From Candidatus Iainarchaeum sp. (GTDB lineage: Archaea > Iainarchaeota > Iainarchaeia > Iainarchaeales > GCA-2688035), in contig JAFCCL010000001.1 of NCBI GenBank assembly GCA_017610205.1, forward strand, positions 58,805 through 122,804: a DNA stretch of 64,000 nt, written 5' to 3'. A program made the translations under genes and the position numbers. This document shows, piece by piece, positions 38,022 to 48,071 of this stretch; position 1 is the stretch's first letter, and the number at the start of each line of letters is the position of its first letter. The notes beneath the pieces are model-generated. The model was given only the letters and a program-made list of their open reading frames with translations, was not told the DNA's origin and ran no database searches.

Positions 38022-38872
38022 TTATGTAGCCTCCTTGAAATCTTTTTCTTTTCAACGCGCATTAACTGTCCTTTGTAAAATGATTTCATTTTCCTGTTTT
38101 TGCTTTTTTTGGCTTCTACAAAAACATTGTGTTCATTCCACGTTGTTTTTCTTTGCTTAAACTTTTTCTTTTTCCAAAAGTTAGCATACTCTGTCAGGTT
38201 TGTAAACCAAACGTCGTCAAGTTCCTTAACTTTTTCAAAAATCTTTTCAAGCACTTTTGGATGCGCTCCAATTCTTCCTGTGGGGTGCCCGTACAAAAAT
38301 ATCGGAATCTGTTTTTCGTAAAGCAGTTTAATTATTTTGTCAAAATATTCAATTGCCTCTTTTTCATTATAGCCTGATTCAAAAAGGCTTCCAAGGCAGA
38401 TTGGGTGAATTGGAACCTGAAGAACCTTTGACTTTTTTCCGTTACCCTTGGGGTAAAATGGAAATATGTTTTTTCCTTTTCTGAATTCACTGCTGTATTC
38501 ATATCCTGTTTTTTCCAGTGCACTTCCAAGTTCTTTGTTCCAAAACCCAAACGGTGCAGCAAAGCCGCTGCATTTAACACCCATTTCCTGCAGCAATTTA
38601 TCTCCCTTCATTATGTTCTCAAAATTTTTCACACTGTCCTTAAACGTTTCGTGAAGAAAAGCGTGGTTTTGCACATCCTGTGTTTTTGCAATTCTTTTTA
38701 TTTCGCGTTCGTGAAATTGGCCCGTTTCCATATTCACAAACCAGGTCATATCGATTTCGTGCTTTTCTGCAGCCTTCAAAGTTTTTTCAACGTGCTTTGG
38801 GTGAAAAAAATCAAGGTCTATTCTGAATGCAAAAATTCCCTTGTGGCCGTTGAATTCTTTTTTCTTTTCCAT
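38018..38872 (-). CDS. Polysaccharide deacetylase (NodB-like) family protein
   Basis: FRIDLD, TWFV, NHAFLH, GFAAPFG, YSS, YGHP, VWFT. Confidence 0.78.
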   Translation of the reverse strand: MEKKKEFNGHKGIFAFRIDLDFFHPKHVEKTLKAAEKHEIDMTWFVNMETGQFHEREIKRIAKTQDVQNHAFLHETFKDSVKNFENIMKGDKLLQEMGVKCSGFAAPFGFWNKELGSALEKTGYEYSSEFRKGKNIFPFYPKGNGKKSKVLQVPIHPICLGSLFESGYNEKEAIEYFDKIIKLLYEKQIPIFLYGHPTGRIGAHPKVLEKIFEKVKELDDVWFTNLTEYANFWKKKKFKQRKTTWNEHNVFVEAKKSKNRKMKSFYKGQLMRVEKKKISRRLHK

Positions 38873-38874
38873 GT

Positions 38875-39972
38875 TTATTCCCTCAAAATTATTTCAACAA
38901 TCTTCTGGCTTGTCTTTCCGTCTCCAAAAGGGCATGGCTCTTTTTCAAGTCTTTTCTTCAATTCAGGGTAATTTTCCATTGCCTTTTTGCTTTCTTCAAC
39001 TATTTTTTCTTTGCAGTAGCCTGTCAGTCTTCCAAACTTTTCTAATATTTCTGGTCGTTCTGTATTGTCTCTTAGAATAACAATCCATTTTTTGTAAACG
39101 CTTGCCTCTTCCTGAATGCCTCCGCTGTCCGACAGCAAAAACATTGCGTTGCTTGCAAGCTTTAGAAAATCAAAATAGCCAGCTGGCTCAATAAACTGCA
39201 GGTTTGGAATTGCTTTTGCTTTTTTAAGCAAGTTAAATGCCGTAAGGTTCTTCAAAGTTCTTGGATGGGCAGGGAACACGACCTTTATGTCAATTTCTGC
39301 GATTGCTGAAAGTAATTCTTCCAAATTTTCTTTTTTGTCAACATATTCCTGTCTGTGGGCTGTAAGAACTGCATATTTTTCCGGCGTTAACCCAAGTGTT
39401 TCAAGAATTTTTGAGTCTTTTGCCTTTTCAAGGTTTTTTTGCACTGCTTCAACTATTGTGTTGCCTGTTAGGAAAATCTTGGCTTCCTCTATTTTATCAT
39501 CCTGCAAATGTTTTACTGCAATATCTGTTGGGGCAAAAGCATAATCTGCAAGTTTGTCTGCTTCAATCCTGTTTTTTTCTTCCGGCATTCTTTCATCAAA
39601 GCTTCTTAGCCCTGCTTCAACATGGGCAAATTTTGTGCCTATATCTTTTGCTGCAAGGGCTGCTGCAAGAACACTGTTTGTGTCCCCTTCTGCAATCACA
39701 ATTTCTGGTTTTTCTTTTAAAAAAAACTCACCCAGCTTTTTTTCCATTAGTGTAACCTGTTTTTCATTGCCTCCGCCGCTTATTCCTAAATTTATGTCAA
39801 TTTTTGGCAGTTCAAGTTCTTCCATAAAAATCTGGCAAAGGTTGTAATCATAATGCTGTCCTGTGAAAGCAATTACTGTTTTTGCTTCATGATGTTCTTT
39901 TAAAAGTCTTATGAGCTCTGCGAGTTTTATTATTTCTGGTCTTGTTCCAAGGACAATTGCAATTTTTTTCAA
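38875..39972 (-). CDS. wecB: UDP-N-acetylglucosamine 2-epimerase (non-hydrolysing)
   Basis: GTRPEIIK, TGQHYD, GDTNS, HVEAGLRSFD, PEEKNR, DSGGIQEEA, TERPE. Confidence 0.93.
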   Translation of the reverse strand: MKKIAIVLGTRPEIIKLAELIRLLKEHHEAKTVIAFTGQHYDYNLCQIFMEELELPKIDINLGISGGGNEKQVTLMEKKLGEFFLKEKPEIVIAEGDTNSVLAAALAAKDIGTKFAHVEAGLRSFDERMPEEKNRIEADKLADYAFAPTDIAVKHLQDDKIEEAKIFLTGNTIVEAVQKNLEKAKDSKILETLGLTPEKYAVLTAHRQEYVDKKENLEELLSAIAEIDIKVVFPAHPRTLKNLTAFNLLKKAKAIPNLQFIEPAGYFDFLKLASNAMFLLSDSGGIQEEASVYKKWIVILRDNTERPEILEKFGRLTGYCKEKIVEESKKAMENYPELKKRLEKEPCPFGDGKTSQKIVEIILRE

Positions 39973-41414
39973 GCAACAACCCCCTTTTCAAAAATTTCTT
40001 CCAAAATTCGTCCATCAAGTCCTTTTGGTTGTTTTACTTTCATAAGTTTCATTATTGTTGGAGCCAAATCAAATATGCTTGCCTTGCCTGCATCAAATCC
40101 TTTTTTTATTCCGTTGCCTTTTACTATAAAAACTCCGTCTTTGTGGTGTGTCGCAATCCATCTGCTTCCAAGTTCAAATATTTCCTTGCCTCCAAGCGGG
40201 CTGCAGACTTCGCACCATGGTTTTGCAAGTGTTATTAGGTCAGGTGCTTTGTCTAAATAAGGTCCGTTGTAAATTTCTTCTTTTGAAAAAATTTTTTCAA
40301 TTACTGTGTCGCCTGTTCCAGGAAGTCTTACTTCCAAAAGCTTTTCTTTAATCTCTTTTGCAATATGCTTTCGTTCCACTTCTGAAAGATTTGGATTTAT
40401 ATAAAAGAGATTGCTTGCGTGGCTGATTACTTTACTTTTTTTCCAGTCAAACAAATATCCTTTGGCTTCGCCTCCGATTAAACCATGGCTTGACTTGATT
40501 TTCTTAGTTACCTTTGCAGGAACAAGTTTTTTTACAATTTTTTCAAGACCGAGTTTTTTAAGAAGTCCAACTGCTGTTTCTTTGTTAATTCCCAATTTAA
40601 ACAATGTGTTTGTCATACCCTCTTTTGTTTTTTGATAACCTTCTTTTTGCAGCCATATATTTGCCAAAAACATTGCCTTTAGTCTTGCAAAGCCATGGTC
40701 TGACATTATAATAAAAGTACAGTCCCTGCCTGCCTTCTGCATTGTTTTTCCAATGCATTCGTCAATTTTTTTGAAAATCTTTTTGGAAAAGTCGTCATTC
40801 CAGTAAAAATGCATAATGTAATCTGTGAAAACAATTGTAAGATGCAAAAAGTCTGCTTTGTCAAGGTTTGCGTCCAAAATGTCAAACCTTGTTTCAATCA
40901 ATGAAAAAATCTCATCTTTTAGTTCGTCTGTAGGCAAATCAAGCCTGCCTTCAACGTCTGGTTTGTAGTTAAATTTTTCTTTGAGTTCTTTTTGAAGTTT
41001 TTTTGGATATGTGTAATTGTCATAATTTGGCGGTTCAATGCTTCCAATCATAAAACCGTTGATTTTTTTTGGAGGATATGTTGTTGGCATGTCAATTACA
41101 CCAACCTTTTTTCCTGCTGCTCCCAAATAATCCCAAATTTCTTTGCTTTTGTAATTTGTTGAATCAACCGGTGTAATTTTTCCGCTCTCAAAATCAATAT
41201 CTGTTCTTGAGAACACCCCAAGCTTGGCTGCATTCTTTCCCGTGCTGTAATATTTCCAGGCAGGGCAGGTAAGTGGTGGTGTTTGTGTTTCCAAAATGCC
41301 CGCGCTTCCTTCTTTAACCATTTTTGCAAGGTTTGGAAGTTCATTTCTTTCAACCCACGGTTTTAGAATTTTCCAGGTAACCCCATCCAATCCAATTACT
41401 ACAACTTTTGCCAT
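39969..41414 (-). CDS. Alkaline phosphatase superfamily / type I phosphodiesterase-like protein (COG3379-like)
   Basis: IGLDG, PPLTCPAW, MSDHGF, APDL, HHKDG, DLAPTI. Confidence 0.82.
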   Translation of the reverse strand: MAKVVVIGLDGVTWKILKPWVERNELPNLAKMVKEGSAGILETQTPPLTCPAWKYYSTGKNAAKLGVFSRTDIDFESGKITPVDSTNYKSKEIWDYLGAAGKKVGVIDMPTTYPPKKINGFMIGSIEPPNYDNYTYPKKLQKELKEKFNYKPDVEGRLDLPTDELKDEIFSLIETRFDILDANLDKADFLHLTIVFTDYIMHFYWNDDFSKKIFKKIDECIGKTMQKAGRDCTFIIMSDHGFARLKAMFLANIWLQKEGYQKTKEGMTNTLFKLGINKETAVGLLKKLGLEKIVKKLVPAKVTKKIKSSHGLIGGEAKGYLFDWKKSKVISHASNLFYINPNLSEVERKHIAKEIKEKLLEVRLPGTGDTVIEKIFSKEEIYNGPYLDKAPDLITLAKPWCEVCSPLGGKEIFELGSRWIATHHKDGVFIVKGNGIKKGFDAGKASIFDLAPTIMKLMKVKQPKGLDGRILEEIFEKGVVA

Positions 41415-41447
41415 TTTTTCACTTCCAAAACATATATATCCTTTTTT

Positions 41448-42554
41448 TCATTTACTTACGCATTCTGCATAATTTTTTTCATACTCTTTTGTCTTTTTGC
41501 TCCAGTCAAAGCCTGAAGCAAACTCTTTTGCCTTACCTTCCAAAACCTTTTTCTCTGCAGCATTCATTGAAATTGATTTTGCAATCTGCACCGCTGCTTT
41601 TTCAGGTGTTTCAAAATTAATCAAAACACAACTTTCGCTTCTTTTGGAAAAATTTTCAAATACTGGGATTTTGTTAAGCAATGGAATAACTCCTGCAGCC
41701 ATTGCTTCAAGAACTGTTATTCCAAAACCCTCATATTTTGATGCGCTTGCAAAAAATCCTGTTATTGACAAAAGGTCTGCAAGTTTTTCATTGCTTACTT
41801 TGCCTGTAAACAAAACGTTTTTTTCAATTCCTAATTCTTTTACTTTTTCTTTTAGCTTTTGAGTTATTTCTTCATTGCCGCTTCCTGCAATTACAAGCCG
41901 TCCGATTCCGTTATTTTTTTTAAACTCTGCAAATGCAGAAACAAGGTTGAATAGTCCTTTGTTTTTTGCAATCCTTCCAAAGTATAGAATCATTCCTTTT
42001 TCAGGAACTCTTTTAATTTTTGAAAATTTTGCAAAATCAATTCCGTTTTCAACAAGCACTAGTTTTTTTCTTGCTTTTGAAAAAAGTTCTTTGTCCTGTT
42101 TGCTTACTGCCACGATTTTGTCAAACCTTTCTGACAAAAACATGTTCCAGAGTTTGAAATAAATTTTTTTAACAGCTATCATGTTTTTGGTGTGAAATAT
42201 TCCGCCATGCGTTGAAAGAACAAGTGGTTTTTTGTGCAAAAACTTTGTTATTGCAAGAAAATCTGCAAAAAACCCAAGCCCGTGCATGTGAACAATATCA
42301 AATTCTTTTAACCTACCTAATCCAAACGGGGCAATTTTGTAAAAGCCAAGGTTTAGAAAACCAATTCTTTCAACTTCTGCTTCAGGAAAGCTTTCTTTTG
42401 CTGCAAGCTTTTTGTTTCCTGCAGTGTATTTGTTAAGGCAAAGCACACTGCATTGGTTTCCATTATCTTTTAACCTGCGGCATAGTTCAAAAATTACTGT
42501 TTCAATTCCTCCAATACATGGTTTGTAATGGTGGTATACATGCAAAATTCTCAT
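41448..42554 (-). CDS. GT4 glycosyltransferase
   Basis: GGIET, STHGG, GRIAKNKG, YEGFGITVLEAMAAG. Confidence 0.9.
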   Translation of the reverse strand: MRILHVYHHYKPCIGGIETVIFELCRRLKDNGNQCSVLCLNKYTAGNKKLAAKESFPEAEVERIGFLNLGFYKIAPFGLGRLKEFDIVHMHGLGFFADFLAITKFLHKKPLVLSTHGGIFHTKNMIAVKKIYFKLWNMFLSERFDKIVAVSKQDKELFSKARKKLVLVENGIDFAKFSKIKRVPEKGMILYFGRIAKNKGLFNLVSAFAEFKKNNGIGRLVIAGSGNEEITQKLKEKVKELGIEKNVLFTGKVSNEKLADLLSITGFFASASKYEGFGITVLEAMAAGVIPLLNKIPVFENFSKRSESCVLINFETPEKAAVQIAKSISMNAAEKKVLEGKAKEFASGFDWSKKTKEYEKNYAECVSK

Positions 42555-43525
42555 TTGCCAGTCACCTGCCTTATTGTTCCAAGTACAAATCCTGTGCTAA
42601 ACAATACTGTTCTTGGAATTGCAATAAATGGAAATACAATCCCTACTGCAAGGTCTTTTTTTGCTGCCCAAAAAGCAAATGGAATTCCTGTAAGAAAAAG
42701 CAATGCAAAAATTGTTGCCGTGTAAATCCACCCAAAGCCAAATAATGGCAGTGAAAGGCTTGCAATGAAAAGGCAGAAAAGTACAAGTTGGAGTTTAATT
42801 GTCTGGCTTGTGTAACTGTCTTTTATCATTTTGCCTTTGTGGCTTTTGTAAACTTTTGTTCTCCAAAATGCTCTGAAGAATTTTATTTTAAAATACTTGC
42901 GAAGGCTTGTTGGGTGGGTATGATAAACGTTTGCTTCCGGTCTGAAAACCATTTTGTATCCTGCTTCGTGAACTCTGAAGCTAAAATCAGTGTCTTCACC
43001 GCTTGCTATTGGAAAAGAGGTGTCAAAACCGCCGAGTTTTTCAAAAACGCTTTTTCTGTAAGCTGCGCTATAACTTCCTATAAAGTCAATAAATTTTTGT
43101 TTTGCCATTCTTGCATAGCTTGATTCAATTTCAAGCTGAATAAGTCTTGCAACAAGTTCTTTTTGTCTGCATTTATACGTTCCCTGCACTCCTGCTACTC
43201 CCTTATTGGAAAATGGCTTTAGCATTTCTTCAAGCCAGTTTTTTTTAGGTTCGCAGTCTGAATCAGTAAAAATAATTATTTCACCCCTTGCTTTTTTGGC
43301 TCCGTTGTTTCTTGCAAGTGCAGGTCCTGCATTTTTTTGCTGCAACAGCCTTACTTTTGAAAAGCTTTTGGCAATTTCGCTTGTTTTGTCAGAGCTTCCG
43401 TCGTCAACTACAATTATTTCAAACTCTTTGGAAAATATTTGTGCTTCAAGAGCTTTAACGCATTGCCTTATTGTTTTTTCCGCATTGAAAGCGGGGACTA
43501 TCACGCTTGCTATGATTTTTTCCAT
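42551..43525 (-). CDS. GT2 glycosyltransferase with C-terminal TM helices
   Basis: VPAFN, VDDGSSD, GPALARN, FTDSDC, GGFD, GEDTD. Confidence 0.9.
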   Translation of the reverse strand: MEKIIASVIVPAFNAEKTIRQCVKALEAQIFSKEFEIIVVDDGSSDKTSEIAKSFSKVRLLQQKNAGPALARNNGAKKARGEIIIFTDSDCEPKKNWLEEMLKPFSNKGVAGVQGTYKCRQKELVARLIQLEIESSYARMAKQKFIDFIGSYSAAYRKSVFEKLGGFDTSFPIASGEDTDFSFRVHEAGYKMVFRPEANVYHTHPTSLRKYFKIKFFRAFWRTKVYKSHKGKMIKDSYTSQTIKLQLVLFCLFIASLSLPLFGFGWIYTATIFALLFLTGIPFAFWAAKKDLAVGIVFPFIAIPRTVLFSTGFVLGTIRQVTGK

Positions 43526-43548
43526 AAAAAAACCATCTTTTTGCCTGT

Positions 43549-44484
43549 TTAGGTATCTGCAAACAGGTGATATACTCCGTGGTGGAATTTGTCTTCCGCA
43601 ATCATTTCGTCAATAGTTCTTTCAAATCTTCCCTGTTCTGAAAGAACATTTTTTGAAAGGATTTTTTTAGAAAATTTTAGTATATCCATTGATTCCCAAA
43701 CCACCAGGCATTTGCGAACGCCGTGTTTTTTCAAAAGCCTGTAAAACTCCTTTGTTTTTTCCACTCCCAAAAAATCACAATGTACTTCAATAAACAGCTG
43801 AAGATGTCCTGTTTCCTTAAAAGTTTTTTTCATTCCTTTCAGTATCTCAAATTCGTATCCTTCAACATCCATTCTTACAATATCTGGAAGCCGTTTGTCT
43901 TTGAGAAAAGAATCAAGGGTAGTAACTTCAACAGGAACTGTTTCCCCTGTTTGATCCAAATCAATATTTTTGCAAAAGGTTGACAGGTTTGATTGCTTTG
44001 AAACAAAAATATCCTGCTTTCCGTTCTTGTCTCCAACAGCTTTGTTAAAAACCTCAATGTTTTTGTAATTATTTGCATCAATGTTTTTCTTCAGCAACTC
44101 AACATTTCCAATAATTGGTTCTATTGCGTAAACTTTTCCTTTTGGGCCAACAGCCTTTGCTTCCATTAGCACATAATAGCCAATGTTTGCTCCAATGTCG
44201 GCAATAACCTGTCCTGATTTCAGCCTTTTCTGGAATTCAACTGTTGCATGAGCTTCTCGTATTCCATTAAGGTATAATTCTGATGAAAGCCCTTTGTCGT
44301 CTCTTATGTTAAGAAATATTTTGCTTCCCTGCACGTCTTTTAAGACAAAATCCTCTCTATGTCTCATTTTTGCAATTGCCATTTTTATTCCTGTAACACC
44401 TCGGTCAGCTTTTATTAGCATAATTTTTATTCCTCGTTGAATAAAAGTTGCAGGGCTGTCTTCTAAAAGTCTACTCCAATTCAA
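43549..44484 (-). CDS. FkbM family SAM-dependent methyltransferase
   Basis: DIGANIGYY, AIEP, TTLD, RMDVEGYE, IEVH. Confidence 0.9.
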   Translation of the reverse strand: MNWSRLLEDSPATFIQRGIKIMLIKADRGVTGIKMAIAKMRHREDFVLKDVQGSKIFLNIRDDKGLSSELYLNGIREAHATVEFQKRLKSGQVIADIGANIGYYVLMEAKAVGPKGKVYAIEPIIGNVELLKKNIDANNYKNIEVFNKAVGDKNGKQDIFVSKQSNLSTFCKNIDLDQTGETVPVEVTTLDSFLKDKRLPDIVRMDVEGYEFEILKGMKKTFKETGHLQLFIEVHCDFLGVEKTKEFYRLLKKHGVRKCLVVWESMDILKFSKKILSKNVLSEQGRFERTIDEMIAEDKFHHGVYHLFADT

Positions 44485-45950
44485 TCTTCTCTCCTCCTCT
44501 TTGATTTTACAACATACTTTATAAATGTCTTTCCTCCCTTCACTAATCTTGGTATTTCGCTTGGTTGTGTGACTGCCTGCAGTGCTTTTCCCATCATATA
44601 ACTTGGTCTGAAATAAAATTCTTTTCTTGCTCTGTCACACCATTCAACCATTTCCTTGTTTGATAGTTCGGGCATTGACACCATGCAATTATGCCACCCG
44701 TTTTCGTCAATCCACTGCCTAAAATCTTCTGATACAAGATGTCCTTTTTTTCTAAAATGTTCGTATGAAGCTGTTCCTGGATAAACCATAATTGGAAAAA
44801 ATTGTGCTGAATCTGGGTTTAGTCTTTTTGCAAGTTCAATTGTTGCCCTGATTGTTTCTTTATTGTCCCCTGGGTTTCCAACCATAAAACACCCGTGTAC
44901 AAGAACACCTGCTTTTTTTGCATCTTTTATAAATTGTTCCATTTTTGGAACAATTGTTCCTTTTGAAACATTGTTTAAAATTTCCTGGCTTCCTGATTCA
45001 AATCCAACACACAAAAGCCTGCAGCTAGCTTTTTTCATAAGTTTTAATGTTTCCAATGGCACATCAGCCCTTGCATTGCAGCTCCACTTTACTTTTATTC
45101 CTGCTTTTATTTTTTCTTTGCAAAAATTGTCAACTCTTTTGTGGTCTGCAGTAAAGGTGTCGTCTTCAAGGAAAACCTCTTTTATTCCTGGAAAGCTTTT
45201 CACAATAAATTCAAATTCTTTTATTACATTTGCAATGCTTCTTTTTCTGTAAGGACCTGGGTTAAGGTTCTGCACCCAGTTGCAAAACTTGCAGTTAAAA
45301 GGGCATCCTCTGCCTGTAACAATTGCAACCTCTGGATAAAGATTGGCACTATAAAAATAATCCTTATAATTCAAATGCTTTTTGTAAACCCTGCTGACAA
45401 AAGGCAGTTTGTCAAGGTTTTTTATTTTTTCCCTTAACTTGTTTTTTACAATTTTTGCACCTTGTTTAAATGCAATTCCTTTAACCTTTGCAAGCTTTGG
45501 CTTTTTCTTCTCCAGTTCTTTTGCCAACGCCCTTAAAGTGTAATCGTATTCCTGCATGCACACTGCATCAATTGCTTTGCTCATCTTCATTGTTTCAACA
45601 GGCAAAGCACTTACGTGTGTGCCAACCAATACTCCAAAGCACCTGTGGGCTTTCTTTACCTTTCGCAAAACTTCGACATCATTGTGGATGCTTGCAGTGC
45701 TTGTATCCAACACCACCATGTCTGGTTTAAATTTTCTTACAATTGCAAGCACTTTCTTTTCGCTTAAAGGAATGGCTGGTGCGTCAACAAGCTTTACTTC
45801 GTGTCCTGCTTTTTCCAAAACGCCTGTGGCATATGCAAGCCACATTGGATAATAGATTGTTCCGCCTTTTGTAACGGCAGGCGACCTGCTGCTCCTGCTA
45901 TACTTTGGAAAGAACGGGGGATTTAACATTAAAATTCGCATGAAATTCAC
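44481..45950 (-). CDS. Cobalamin-binding radical SAM protein (HpnJ-like subfamily)
   Basis: LNPP, YYPMWLAY, TGRGCPFNCKFC, EDDTFT, GFESG, YPGT. Confidence 0.88.
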   Translation of the reverse strand: MNFMRILMLNPPFFPKYSRSSRSPAVTKGGTIYYPMWLAYATGVLEKAGHEVKLVDAPAIPLSEKKVLAIVRKFKPDMVVLDTSTASIHNDVEVLRKVKKAHRCFGVLVGTHVSALPVETMKMSKAIDAVCMQEYDYTLRALAKELEKKKPKLAKVKGIAFKQGAKIVKNKLREKIKNLDKLPFVSRVYKKHLNYKDYFYSANLYPEVAIVTGRGCPFNCKFCNWVQNLNPGPYRKRSIANVIKEFEFIVKSFPGIKEVFLEDDTFTADHKRVDNFCKEKIKAGIKVKWSCNARADVPLETLKLMKKASCRLLCVGFESGSQEILNNVSKGTIVPKMEQFIKDAKKAGVLVHGCFMVGNPGDNKETIRATIELAKRLNPDSAQFFPIMVYPGTASYEHFRKKGHLVSEDFRQWIDENGWHNCMVSMPELSNKEMVEWCDRARKEFYFRPSYMMGKALQAVTQPSEIPRLVKGGKTFIKYVVKSKRRRED

Positions 45951-46684
45951 TTTTCTTTTTTGCTTAGTTTCTTGGTTTCCAAATTTGCATTCAAAAGGTC
46001 TTCAAAGTCTCCTGCGTCAAGCCAGTTGCCTTTGAGTTTTGCTGCTGAAAGTTTTCCTTTTTCAAGGAAATGCCTTTGCACGTCGGTTATTTCTGTTTCG
46101 CCTCTTGCACTTGGCTTTATTCCCCTAATTGCTTTGAACACGCTTGGATTCATAAAATATATTCCAATAATTATGTTGTTGCTTGTGGGCTTTGCAGGCT
46201 TTTCAATTACTTGAGTAACTTTTTCTCCTTCAACATCTGCAACCCCGCTTTTTTTTGCCTCTTCTGTTGTTCCTTCGTACAAAAGAATCTGCATTTCTGA
46301 ATCTCCTTTTTCAAATTGTTCTGCAAATGGTTTCAGGCTTTCAAAAACAATGTTGTCTCCATTAATTGAAATAAATTTATCGTCTCCGACAAAATCCTCT
46401 GCCAAAGAAATTGCGCTTGGAATTCCTCCTGCTTCATCCTGAACCCTGTAAGTGAATTTTACTCCAAAATCCTTTCCTGAACCCAAATGTGAAAAAATGT
46501 CTCCTGCATGGTATGTTCCTGTAATAATCAGAATATCTTTTACTCCTGCACTTTTAAGCATTTCAATCGGGTAATAAATCATTGGCTTGTTGTAAACAGG
46601 CAAAAGATGTTTATTTGTTGTAAGAGTCAAGGGGCGTAAACGAGATCCTGTCCCTCCAGCAAGAATTACTCCTCTAAGTGTCAT
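45947..46684 (-). CDS. rmlA: Glucose-1-phosphate thymidylyltransferase (short RmlA/SpsI type)
   Basis: ILAGGTGSRLRPLT, NKHLLPVYNKPMI, GDN, IEKP, PSARGETEITD, WLDAG. Confidence 0.88.
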   Translation of the reverse strand: MTLRGVILAGGTGSRLRPLTLTTNKHLLPVYNKPMIYYPIEMLKSAGVKDILIITGTYHAGDIFSHLGSGKDFGVKFTYRVQDEAGGIPSAISLAEDFVGDDKFISINGDNIVFESLKPFAEQFEKGDSEMQILLYEGTTEEAKKSGVADVEGEKVTQVIEKPAKPTSNNIIIGIYFMNPSVFKAIRGIKPSARGETEITDVQRHFLEKGKLSAAKLKGNWLDAGDFEDLLNANLETKKLSKKEK

Positions 46685-47529
46685 TAACTTAACCTCCTTT
46701 TTATTTCAAGATATTTTGTATATTTTCTATCTAAATAATATGAGGGGTTTGAATAAAGCCAATCAAAAATTTTGATTGCTTGAAATCTTCCCCTATATCT
46801 TAGAGCAAAGTGATTAGTTAGTTTTGTATTTCTTGTTAATTTAGTCTTTCTTAACTCTAAATATTTCATCAATTGTAATTGAATTCCTGTTAAAAGTTCT
46901 TTTGTTCCAACTATCTGAAAACATGGTGATTGTGTTTTTTCATCAAACAAAAGACTTCCGTCTCCTTCAAATATCCCTTGAATAAAATTTTTTATGATTT
47001 TTTCATTATAGGTTTCTTTAATTAATTTAGGAAATTTAATTTTAAGACTTTTATTTTTGACTATGCCATACTCTTTAAGTTTGCTTACAATTTTTTTACT
47101 TGTTATCTTTAGATGCATTTGTTCATATTCTTTACCTGTTTTTTCAAGTTTTACCGTTACCTCATAAACAGGCCCATTGTATTTGAGTAACTTTTTTATT
47201 TTTTGAATTATATCTGAATCTTTTTTTGATACTTTTATACCAACGCTTATTGCATTGCCACATTTATTAACAAATCCATTGCTTGCAAGCCAACCTAATA
47301 TCCATGCATTTAAGGGATTTAACTCTTCAAAAAAATTATCGTTCACCGAATACTTTCGCTTATGAATTTTCCATGTTTTTTCTTTAGCCTTTAAACCATA
47401 CTTTTTCATTCTATGACTTATAACCCATTGAGAGGTTCCCAATTCGCTGGCTATATCTTGTTGAGATTTATTTTTCTCAAAATATTCTTGTTCAATAAAT
47501 TCTTTGCTGATATCATATTTTTTAGGCAT
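46684..47529 (-). CDS. Free-standing two-motif LAGLIDADG-family protein with N-terminal HTH
   Basis: HTH (SQQDIASELGTSQWVISHRM), motif 1 WILGWLASNG, motif 2 FIQGIFEGDGS, terminal LDRKY. ATG 47529 lies about 25 nt after TTTAAA (track start 47628). Confidence 0.82.
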   Translation of the reverse strand: MPKKYDISKEFIEQEYFEKNKSQQDIASELGTSQWVISHRMKKYGLKAKEKTWKIHKRKYSVNDNFFEELNPLNAWILGWLASNGFVNKCGNAISVGIKVSKKDSDIIQKIKKLLKYNGPVYEVTVKLEKTGKEYEQMHLKITSKKIVSKLKEYGIVKNKSLKIKFPKLIKETYNEKIIKNFIQGIFEGDGSLLFDEKTQSPCFQIVGTKELLTGIQLQLMKYLELRKTKLTRNTKLTNHFALRYRGRFQAIKIFDWLYSNPSYYLDRKYTKYLEIKRRLS

Positions 47530-47618
47530 GTAATAATCAAAGTTTATCCCTTTAAAGACGCTTTCTAAAGAGTAGGTTTCCGGTGATTTGTTGTCTCCTT
47601 CTTCTACAAATAATTGAT

Positions 47619-47927
47619 TCAATACCATAAAATTGATCGCCTCTTAGTGGTTCTAAAGTATATTGCAAAAAAAGTACCGAGAATTGAAACGAAAACAAAT
47701 CCTTGCAAAAATTGAATAGCCCAGTGTGGATAAACATAAGTTGCATTTACTAAGAAATAATTTGAATTAATTAGATCAAGAATGAAAAAAAAAGAAAGTC
47801 CAATTAAACACAATCCAACGACTGCTAAAGTTTTTTTTGGGTCCGTCCATGTATACTCAATTGCTTTTACAAATAACTGTTTAATAATAATTATTTTTTC
47901 GTTTGAGATTATTTTTTCGCCCTTCAT
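47619..47927 (-). CDS. Small hypothetical membrane protein (2 TM)
   Basis: Two hydrophobic segments; GAGGG upstream of the ATG. Confidence 0.45.
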   Translation of the reverse strand: MKGEKIISNEKIIIIKQLFVKAIEYTWTDPKKTLAVVGLCLIGLSFFFILDLINSNYFLVNATYVYPHWAIQFLQGFVFVSILGTFFAIYFRTTKRRSILWY

Positions 47928-48071
47928 TTGTACAAATTCCCCTCTTTTTTTAGAAAAAAATTGGTCTGCAATTTATAGTATATATTGTATTTATTTCCTC
48001 CAAACCTTCATTATAAAGGCTTTGGTACAGTTTTGGAAAACGACCTTAATTAACAAAAAAGAGCCACAATT

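Noticed and set aside
44481-45950. Hopanoid biosynthesis, from the HpnJ-like similarity
   Set aside because: No squalene-hopene cyclase or other hpn genes; the context is glycan biosynthesis.
46684-47628. Intein or group I intron interrupting an rml gene
   Set aside because: rmlA and rmlB are each intact; no Cys/Ser...His-Asn splice motifs or intron core are visible.
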